Source of the DNA: an uncultured Anaerolineales bacterium
Lineage (GTDB): Bacteria; Chloroflexota; Anaerolineae; B4-G1; SLSP01
NCBI GenBank assembly: GCA_964437445.1
Contig: CAYTGR010000009.1
Coordinates: 1 to 58,501, forward strand
Direction of reading: 5' to 3'
Length of the DNA stretch: 58,501 nt
Below, in pieces: positions 7,748 through 14,949 of the stretch (its first letter is position 1; each line of letters begins with the position of its first letter). The notes below the pieces were generated by a model. The model ran no database searches. It was not told where the DNA came from and saw only the letters and a program-made list of their open reading frames with translations. The translations under genes and the position numbers were made by a program.

Positions 7748-9031
7748 ATGTTCAATCTCAAACGTTACCTGGACTTTGAACAAGCGCGACTGCGCAAGCG
7801 GCTGCCGTTCCTGGCGTTGGGGTTGCTCTTGCCGCTGCTGGCGCTGCTGCTGGCCGGGCCGGAACGTTGGAGTGGGATGTTAACGCCGCCAGGGTTGCTC
7901 TTCTGGTTGTTCGTGGCGTTGACTCCCCTCCCGCTGGCCGCCTGGCTGGCCCGGCAGCTGGTCATCCGTTTTATCAGCGCCTTCTATGGGATCAACCGGG
8001 AAAGCGCAGCCGAATTTCTGACTCACCGCTGGGTGGGCCAGCGGCCCAGTTTTCTGCCTTTCGTCATGGTCAAAGAAGGAGCGCTGGCCGGCGGGAAACC
8101 AGCGCCGCAGAAAATCGGCGGGCCAGCGGGCCTGGTACTTTACCAGTATAACGCCGTAGTGCTGGAAAAGGCCGGACAGCTGACCAGAGTCGTTTCAGGG
8201 CCTAAATTCCTGGAGCTGGAAGCGTTTGAGAAAGTCTGGGCGGTGATTGACCTGCGCCCCCAACGGTGGGTCTTTTCCGTCAGCGCCATCACGCAAGACG
8301 GTATTCCGATTGAGTACGACGCCGACATCCAGTTCCAGATAGGCGACGCCCAGGACGACTCGGCGGCCGCGCTGGAAGCGGCCATCTTCAAAGCGGCCAC
8401 CTGCACCTGGATCCGGGACGCCTGGCGGACCGAACCGGACCGCTTCATGAACTGGCCCAAGCGCGTCGTCATCGGCGACACTGAAGGAGCGCTGCGCTCC
8501 ATCCTCGCCCGCTTCACGCTGGATCAGCTGATTGAGCCGGCCCAGCGCGAGCTGGTCCGCCAACAGCTGGAGACCAGCCTGCGCGGCTCGGTGCCCCGGT
8601 TTGGCGTGAAAATCTTGAATGTCGCCCTGCTCAACTTAAAGTTACAGGGCAAGATCATTGATAGCTGGTTTGAGGCCTGGCGCGCGGAACGGACCCGGGT
8701 GATGCAGACGGAGCTCGCCCAAGGCGCTATGGCGCGTACCCTGGCGCTGGAACGGGCCCGGGCCGACGTCCGCCGCGAAATTCTGCACAAGACCGCGGAG
8801 ACCTTCAAAGAGCTGGCGGCCCGGTATGGTGAGGCCACCCCCGAAACCATGGTCATTCTGAGCTGCATTGAGGTCATTAAGCGAACGGCGTTTGACCTGA
8901 ACGTTTTCCTGCCGGCCGACATCCTACGTACCCTGGAAACGGTCAGGGCTACGATTGATGACAATAGCACGGATGCTGACAATGGCACGAAATCAACAAC
9001 CACCGATGATATGATCTCCTTTGCCCTGTAA
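7748..9031 (+). CDS. SPFH/band-7 (stomatin/flotillin-like) domain membrane protein
   Basis: N-terminal TM hairpin. LVLYQYNAVVLEKAGQLTRVVSGPKFLELEAFEKVWAVIDLRPQRWVFSVSAITQDGIPIEYDADIQFQIGD matches the SPFH core (compare HflK ..TKDGLSVTVDAVVQYRITD). A flotillin-like C-terminal coiled coil is present. Confidence 0.6.
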   Translation: MFNLKRYLDFEQARLRKRLPFLALGLLLPLLALLLAGPERWSGMLTPPGLLFWLFVALTPLPLAAWLARQLVIRFISAFYGINRESAAEFLTHRWVGQRPSFLPFVMVKEGALAGGKPAPQKIGGPAGLVLYQYNAVVLEKAGQLTRVVSGPKFLELEAFEKVWAVIDLRPQRWVFSVSAITQDGIPIEYDADIQFQIGDAQDDSAAALEAAIFKAATCTWIRDAWRTEPDRFMNWPKRVVIGDTEGALRSILARFTLDQLIEPAQRELVRQQLETSLRGSVPRFGVKILNVALLNLKLQGKIIDSWFEAWRAERTRVMQTELAQGAMARTLALERARADVRREILHKTAETFKELAARYGEATPETMVILSCIEVIKRTAFDLNVFLPADILRTLETVRATIDDNSTDADNGTKSTTTDDMISFAL

Positions 9032-9102
9032 TGCCCTGTAAGTGCCATGTAAATTTTGTCATCACGCGCGCGCAAGAGGGAAAATAGCGAAAGGGACATG
9101 CC

Positions 9103-10257
9103 ATGCCACCACCGGTGCAACGGCAAACCTACGCTGCGGGCGAAATTATCCTGCGGCGCGGGGTGCGCGGCCCTTTTTCCTGCCTGGTAGAAACCGGTGA
9201 AATTCAGCTCCTGTACCAAACGCCGGGCGGACGTTCCCGCGTGGTGATTTTGCACCCCGGCGAGCGTTTGGCGCTGGGTGACCACGCTATCAGTGCCGCC
9301 ACCCTCCAGGCCCGCCTGCCGAGTGTCCTTCAGGTCTCCAGCCGGGCCGCCGCCGGCAGCGGGCCGCGGCCGGTGGTCCAGCGTGTGCCGTCGCCCCCCG
9401 CGACCTGGTTCTGGATGAGGCTGGGGCTGGCTCTGGGCCTGCTCGCGCTGGTGCTGCTGGCCCGTTCGCCAGGCGGGCGCGCCTTCCTGGCCGACCTGGC
9501 TTATGCGCGTGGCCAGCTTGAGCTCCGGCAAGGCCACAGCGACCGCGCCCTGCGCAGCTTCCAGACCGCTCTGACCCTGAATGCCGCGCACGCGCTCAGC
9601 TACAACGCCCTGGGCTACCTCTGGCAACAACGGGGAGCGTCAGCGCAGGCCCTGGTGGCCCTGGAACAAGCGGCTCGCCTGGATCGTCATTCAGACGTGA
9701 TTCAGAATAACTTAGGCGTGGTTTGGGCCACGTTGAATCAAAGCGACCTGGCCCTGGCCGCGCTCCAGCGGGCCGCGGAGCTGACTCAGGCCGCGCCAGA
9801 GGTCTACGTGAACCTTGGTGATTGCTACCTGGCCCGCGCGGACTGGCTCAATGCCGGACGTGCCTACCGCGAGGCGCTGCGGCTGAACCCCAAACTGGCC
9901 GTGACGCATCACAATCTGGGTGCGGTCTACTACCATCTCCACCAGCCAGACCAGGCCGTCGCAGAGTTTAAGGAAGCGCTCTGGCTCAAGCCGGACCTGG
10001 AGGCCGCTCACGTGGGATGGGGGATCGTGGCCTTTGAACAGGCGGATTTCACCACAGCCCAAGCGGCTTTCCAGCAAGCCGTGGAATTAAATCCGCAGGA
10101 TGCCCTGGCGCACTTCTATCTGGGACTGGTCTACAAAAGCACCTCCTCCCCGGCCCTCGCCGTGATTGCCTTTGAGCGCGCCTTAGGTTTGACTTCCGAT
10201 CCCGCCCTCCACGCTCAGGCGGAAGCCTACTTGAAGGAACTGTGGAGTCTGCCCTGA
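9103..10257 (+). CDS. TPR-repeat protein with an N-terminal cupin/cNMP-binding-like beta-barrel segment and one TM helix
   Basis: The N-terminus AAGEIILRRGVRG..LVETGEIQLL..GERLALGD resembles cNMP-binding or cupin strands. A TM helix (WFWMRLGLALGLLALVLLA) is followed by about 7 TPR repeats (repeated motifs A-x2-Y-x2-AL-x-L-NP). Confidence 0.7.
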   Translation: MPPPVQRQTYAAGEIILRRGVRGPFSCLVETGEIQLLYQTPGGRSRVVILHPGERLALGDHAISAATLQARLPSVLQVSSRAAAGSGPRPVVQRVPSPPATWFWMRLGLALGLLALVLLARSPGGRAFLADLAYARGQLELRQGHSDRALRSFQTALTLNAAHALSYNALGYLWQQRGASAQALVALEQAARLDRHSDVIQNNLGVVWATLNQSDLALAALQRAAELTQAAPEVYVNLGDCYLARADWLNAGRAYREALRLNPKLAVTHHNLGAVYYHLHQPDQAVAEFKEALWLKPDLEAAHVGWGIVAFEQADFTTAQAAFQQAVELNPQDALAHFYLGLVYKSTSSPALAVIAFERALGLTSDPALHAQAEAYLKELWSLP

Positions 10258-10440
10258 GCAAGCGCCCGATTCCCTTGCTACACAGGTGACGATGACGATA
10301 AGGAAGTAAAAGCGACTGCACTGCAAAAATACGAACTGCTCACGCTATGGTCAAGGAGGTGCACCCGAGAACAATCAAAGCTTAGCATCCAACACAACAT
10401 TACAAAAGCATTGCCAGGGTTTAGAATCAAGGAGGGCGCG

Positions 10441-10842
10441 ATGAACCGCATTCTAAAATTAGCTTTCTATGGCGGACTGGTCATACTGCTGTTGGCGCTG
10501 GCGCTACCGGTCGCGGCAGAACCCGGTTGCCCGCCCCAAAACAAAGTTTATTTTGGCGGCCCCGTGACCAACGCGGCCGCGGTCAAAGGCAGCCGGGATA
10601 ATCCAGCCGCGACAATCAACGAAGCCTGGAACATCTGCAACGAGTGCCGGGCAGGAGGGTTTATCTGGGAATATCAGACGACCACCCAAAAATACGTCGG
10701 CCGCGGCAGCTGCGGGCAGGAAATCGCCGAACAGACCGGGGTGCCGCTGGCGCAGACGGTCCTGCTGGGCCTGTTGGGGCTATTGGCCGTCGGCGGCTTG
10801 ACCTGGAGCCTGTGGATCCGGCGTCGTCTGAGCCATTCCTGA
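10441..10842 (+). CDS. Small Cys-rich exported protein with a C-terminal sortase-type sorting signal (LAQTV + TM + RRR)
   Basis: Signal peptide MNRILKLAFYGGLVILLLALALPVAAEP, about 5 Cys in the mature part, and a C-terminus GVPLAQTVLLGLLGLLAVGGLTWSLWIRRRLSHS (motif, hydrophobic span, basic tail). SD AAGGAGG sits before the ATG at 10441. The track start at 10411 is upstream of the SD. Confidence 0.55.
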   Translation: MNRILKLAFYGGLVILLLALALPVAAEPGCPPQNKVYFGGPVTNAAAVKGSRDNPAATINEAWNICNECRAGGFIWEYQTTTQKYVGRGSCGQEIAEQTGVPLAQTVLLGLLGLLAVGGLTWSLWIRRRLSHS

Positions 10843-10876
10843 GGGGACCGCCGCACGGCACGGCCCCTCTGAGAGT

Positions 10877-13800
10877 GTGATGAGGCCATCTCCCATCCTG
10901 TTACGCCCCCGGCATCTCTGGCGGATTCTGGGGACGGTGCTCCTGTTGAGTCTGACCGTCACCGCGTACCAGCTGACGCGGCCGGTGAACCTCACCTGGG
11001 AACCGGTGGCGGGGCCGGCGGGGAGCTACGTGTGGACGGTAACAGTAGATCCCACCACACCGGAGACGCTCTACGCCGGCCTCAATGCCGGAGGCGTCTA
11101 CAAGAGCACCGACGGCGGCCTGACCTGGCAACCCCAGAATGCCGGGTTGCAAAGCCTGGAAGGCGCGCGTACGGGCGTGGAACATGCGCTGGACGTGCGG
11201 GACCTCCTGCTCAGCCGCGCCCACCCTGGCACGCTCTACGCGGCGACCTGGGGCGGTGAGGGCCTCTACGCCAGCACCGACGGCGGAGCATCCTGGGCCC
11301 CGGAGTTCATGGACGTTTGGAGCGGCGATCCGGCCGACAGCGAGCAACTCGTCAACAGCCGGCGATATGTCCGGGTCCTGGCCGATAACGGGACCGATCT
11401 GTTTGCCGGCACGCAAGGGGGCGTCTTCAAGCAGGTCATGGGCGAAGACGGGCCGGCCTGGCAGCCGGTTGCACTGAAAGGGGCCAACCGCTCAGTGCGC
11501 GCCCTGGTGATCCACCCCACCTACACCCAGACAGTCTACGCCGCGACGCTGCAAGCCGGTATCTTCAAGAGCAACGACGGCGGACTCTCCTGGCAACCCC
11601 AAAACGTCGGTCTGGAAAGCGCAACGGCCCGCGCGGTCAACGCCCTCGTCCTGGACCCGGCGCAGCCGGCCGTCCTGTACGCCGGGACGTGGGGCGCTGG
11701 CGTCTACCGCAGTTCCGACGGCGGAGCGCACTGGTCGGCCTGGAACGACGGACTGCCGCCAGAGGCTTTCGTCTGGTCGTTGCTGCTGACGCCCGATGGC
11801 ACGCTCTTCGCCGGGCTGCGCTCCGGCGGAACCTTCAAACGAGCAGGCCAGGGTGAATGGCAGCCGGCGGCTTTCCCTTACAGCGCCCTGACCCTGAGCC
11901 GTGATCCGCGCACCGGCGCGCTCTACGCCGGCACCTGGGGCAGCGGCCTCTTCCGCGACACCACCGGCCAGGATGGCACGTCGGAGGCCTGGCAAGCCCT
12001 GGGGTTGCCGGCCAACCTCCCGCTCCGGCTGCGGGCCGCAGTGGTGCGCGGGCCGGCTCCCGGCACCCTCTACGTCGCCACCGACAGCAACGGTATCTAC
12101 GCCAGCCCGGACGGCGGTCGGCACTGGGAACGGCGCAGCCAGGGTCTGACCGGTCCGGGGCTGATGGTTCAGACATTAGCCGTGGGTTCCGACGGGCAAA
12201 CGCTATATGCCGGGACGGGGGCCGGGCTTTTCGTCAGCACCGACGGGAGCCAATGGCAGCCCCTCGGCGCAGCCTCAGTCAAAGCGGCGGCAACCCCGGA
12301 GCCGGCGACGCCCTCCCCTGAATCTGAGGAACCACCCCCCACCGGAGCCATTTCCATCCTGGCGCTGGCCGTAAACCACACCGCCCCGGACGGCGACATC
12401 GTATACGCCGGGACGCCAGAGGGCCTGTGGCGCTTTGAGACCGGCCAGCGGCAGGAGATCGTCGCCTCCGTCCTGAAACCGGAGACGGGCCTGGTGCCGG
12501 CAGTGCTGATCCAGGAGCAGACCATCTATGCCAGCGTGTGGGGAGAGGGGTTGCGCCGCAGCAGCGACGGGGGACAACACTGGCAACCCGTGCTGTGGGC
12601 CTCGGACGTTCTGACCGGGGCCGAAGAGACGCCGCGCTATATCCAGAGCCTGGCGCACTCCGCGCGGCGCTGGTGGCAGGGAGGCGGGCCGCAATTGTAC
12701 GCCCTGACCGAATACGGCCTGTATGGAACTGCCGGCCGGGATAGCGCCGGGTGGCAGCTTCTCTACCCAGGGGCAGCCGGCACGCTAACCGTTGACCCCC
12801 GTCACCCGGAGGTGGCCTACGTGGGCCTCCTCACCACCACTGTGGCCGCTGAGTTTGCCCCCAGCGCAGTCTTGACTCCGACCTTTGGCGTCCTGGTGAG
12901 CCTGAACCATGGTCAACGCTGGGCCAACGCCGGCGCGCTCGCGGAGCGGCCGGCGGCGTTAGTGCGCGACCCTTACGATCCGCAGCGGATTTTCGCGCTG
13001 TCGGCCGGCGGCGCGCTTTACCGGGGGCAAGTCAGGTTGCCCTGGCTGCCCGGTGACGTGCTGAACGGGTGGCTGCTCGCTCTCCTCGGCCTGTTCCTGC
13101 TCGTGGTGATGCCTTACGGCTATGGCTATCTCCACTGGACTTATGACCTTTCACCTGCCCAGATCGCCGGGGTCGCCCTCCATCCCGATCTGTTGCGCCG
13201 GCTGTGGAGCCCACGCTTCCAAAATCGGCTCAAACCGCTGGAGAAGGTGATCCTCACCGCCGTGGACCGGCCCAGCTTCAGCCTGGTAGAAATCTGGGAG
13301 CAGCTGCGCGCGCTCGGTGCCCCGGCCTCGCACTCGCAACTGGTGGAAGCGCTCAAAGACCTGCAGGACCTGGGTCTCCTGAAGGAAGAGGACGAAACCT
13401 TCCGCTATGTCGCGCCGGGCTTACAGCGGGTGGCCGCCGTGGAGTTCCAACCCGGCCGCGAAGCGCTGATTGAGAATGTGCGCGAAGAAAATCGCCTGTT
13501 GGCCGAGGTGGCGCGCTTCTTTGAGGAGGCCGGGTTTGAGGTGGGCCAGGACTTCCCCCGCCATCTGACCAAGTTTGTGCTCCTCCCACGCCGCCCCTTG
13601 TACCGGGATTACCCCCGCCTGCACGCCTGGGTCCGGGCGGAGGGGCAGCTCCAGGCCGCCGAGGTGGAAGCGCTCTGCCGCGAGCTCCGCGCGTCCGCCC
13701 CGGAACTGGTCCCGCTGGCCTTCGTCGTGGTCACCGAACTCCCCACCCTTGAGGCGCTCCAACGGCTCCGCACCTGGCAAAACCAGGTACGGTTGATTTT

Positions 13801-14848
13801 GCTGAGTGCCTGTACCATCCGCAGCGCGTTGCGAGAGCACTCCGCGCTGCGTGATCTGGACCTGCTGGTCCAGCAAGAGCGCGGCAAGGCCGATCTTTAC
13901 GACATCCGTACCCCCATCGTGGATCCGCTGGACTTCTATGGCCGGCAACCGGCCAGGGCCGCCCTGGCAACCGCCTGGAGTCAAACTCCCTGCGTGGATC
14001 TATGGGGACTGCCGGGCGTGGGGAAGACTTCATTCCTCTGGCACTTGAAAGAGACGTTGCCCGGCCCGGTAGTCGCCTACGCCGACCTCGCCTACGGCTG
14101 GCAGGGTGAGGCGCTTTTCCAGGAGCAGCTCCTCGCCGACCTGAGCAGCGATCTGCGGCTGAAGTACAACATCTTTGTGGAAACCCCGCCCGGGGCCTTT
14201 GAGACACGGCTGGCAGCCTTGCTGTCAGCAGTTCCGGCCCGCAGTATTCCCCGCATTGGGCTGCTGCTGGATGGCGCTTCAGCGGGCAACCCCGAGCCCT
14301 ATCAGGCCCTGGCACGGCTGCGCCATTTAGCCGGGTCACACCCCGGTCTGGCGCTGGTCGTGACCTGGCAGGATTCCATCGTGACGGGCGCGACCTGGCA
14401 GTCGTTGGGGCCTTTGGATGAGAAAGAGAGTGCCGAGCTGCTGACTACATCAGGCATTCAGTTAGGCCTGGAATTCACACCCGAAGGGCTGGCGGCGCTC
14501 TACCGGGAAACCGGCGGTCATCCCCGGCTCCTGCGCCAGCTGGGCAGCGCGCTATTGCGGCAGCTACCGGACCGTTCGCCGGCGGAACCTGTGACGATCA
14601 CGGCGGCGAGGGTTGAAGCGGCGCTACCCGATTACAGACCGGTGCGGGAGGACTACTTCGCAGACCTCTGGCGGTGGTGGGTTCCGGCACAGCAAGCCAC
14701 GTTGCGCACCTGGTCCACCTTGACCGGCGAGGACCAGGCGCGCCAGCTCACCGATGATCCCGGCCTGCGCGCCTTCCTGGAAACGGCGCCGACCCTGGCG
14801 GCTTTGTTCACGGCCTGGCTCCGCGCAGCTTCAGAAGCATTGCCATGA
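10877..14848 (+). CDS. Giant single-pass membrane protein with an extracellular multi-BNR (Asp-box) beta-propeller region, a TM helix, a cytoplasmic wHTH-like and unassigned alpha/beta segment, and a C-terminal P-loop AAA+ ATPase (archaeal-ATPase/PF01637-like, GGHP motif)
   Basis: N-terminal signal anchor. At least 8 Asp-box repeats (STDGGLTW, STDGGASW, SNDGGLSW, SSDGGAHW, SPDGGRHW, STDGSQW, SSDGGQHW, NHGQRW) within about 700 aa. TM helix NGWLLALLGLFLLVVMPYGYGYL. Cytoplasmic part with Walker A DLWGLPGVGKTSF, Walker B RIGLLLDGAS, and a sensor-like ETGGHPRLLRQLG. Confidence 0.75.
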   Translation: MMRPSPILLRPRHLWRILGTVLLLSLTVTAYQLTRPVNLTWEPVAGPAGSYVWTVTVDPTTPETLYAGLNAGGVYKSTDGGLTWQPQNAGLQSLEGARTGVEHALDVRDLLLSRAHPGTLYAATWGGEGLYASTDGGASWAPEFMDVWSGDPADSEQLVNSRRYVRVLADNGTDLFAGTQGGVFKQVMGEDGPAWQPVALKGANRSVRALVIHPTYTQTVYAATLQAGIFKSNDGGLSWQPQNVGLESATARAVNALVLDPAQPAVLYAGTWGAGVYRSSDGGAHWSAWNDGLPPEAFVWSLLLTPDGTLFAGLRSGGTFKRAGQGEWQPAAFPYSALTLSRDPRTGALYAGTWGSGLFRDTTGQDGTSEAWQALGLPANLPLRLRAAVVRGPAPGTLYVATDSNGIYASPDGGRHWERRSQGLTGPGLMVQTLAVGSDGQTLYAGTGAGLFVSTDGSQWQPLGAASVKAAATPEPATPSPESEEPPPTGAISILALAVNHTAPDGDIVYAGTPEGLWRFETGQRQEIVASVLKPETGLVPAVLIQEQTIYASVWGEGLRRSSDGGQHWQPVLWASDVLTGAEETPRYIQSLAHSARRWWQGGGPQLYALTEYGLYGTAGRDSAGWQLLYPGAAGTLTVDPRHPEVAYVGLLTTTVAAEFAPSAVLTPTFGVLVSLNHGQRWANAGALAERPAALVRDPYDPQRIFALSAGGALYRGQVRLPWLPGDVLNGWLLALLGLFLLVVMPYGYGYLHWTYDLSPAQIAGVALHPDLLRRLWSPRFQNRLKPLEKVILTAVDRPSFSLVEIWEQLRALGAPASHSQLVEALKDLQDLGLLKEEDETFRYVAPGLQRVAAVEFQPGREALIENVREENRLLAEVARFFEEAGFEVGQDFPRHLTKFVLLPRRPLYRDYPRLHAWVRAEGQLQAAEVEALCRELRASAPELVPLAFVVVTELPTLEALQRLRTWQNQVRLILLSACTIRSALREHSALRDLDLLVQQERGKADLYDIRTPIVDPLDFYGRQPARAALATAWSQTPCVDLWGLPGVGKTSFLWHLKETLPGPVVAYADLAYGWQGEALFQEQLLADLSSDLRLKYNIFVETPPGAFETRLAALLSAVPARSIPRIGLLLDGASAGNPEPYQALARLRHLAGSHPGLALVVTWQDSIVTGATWQSLGPLDEKESAELLTTSGIQLGLEFTPEGLAALYRETGGHPRLLRQLGSALLRQLPDRSPAEPVTITAARVEAALPDYRPVREDYFADLWRWWVPAQQATLRTWSTLTGEDQARQLTDDPGLRAFLETAPTLAALFTAWLRAASEALP

Positions 14849-14949
14849 CAAATTCAACAACGGAGTAAAACGGGGCCAACTTCAGTTTGCCCTCTAAGAC
14901 GCAAACGAAAGTTTGCGCCACCTTGATCAGCGGAAGGACGTTGGCAATC

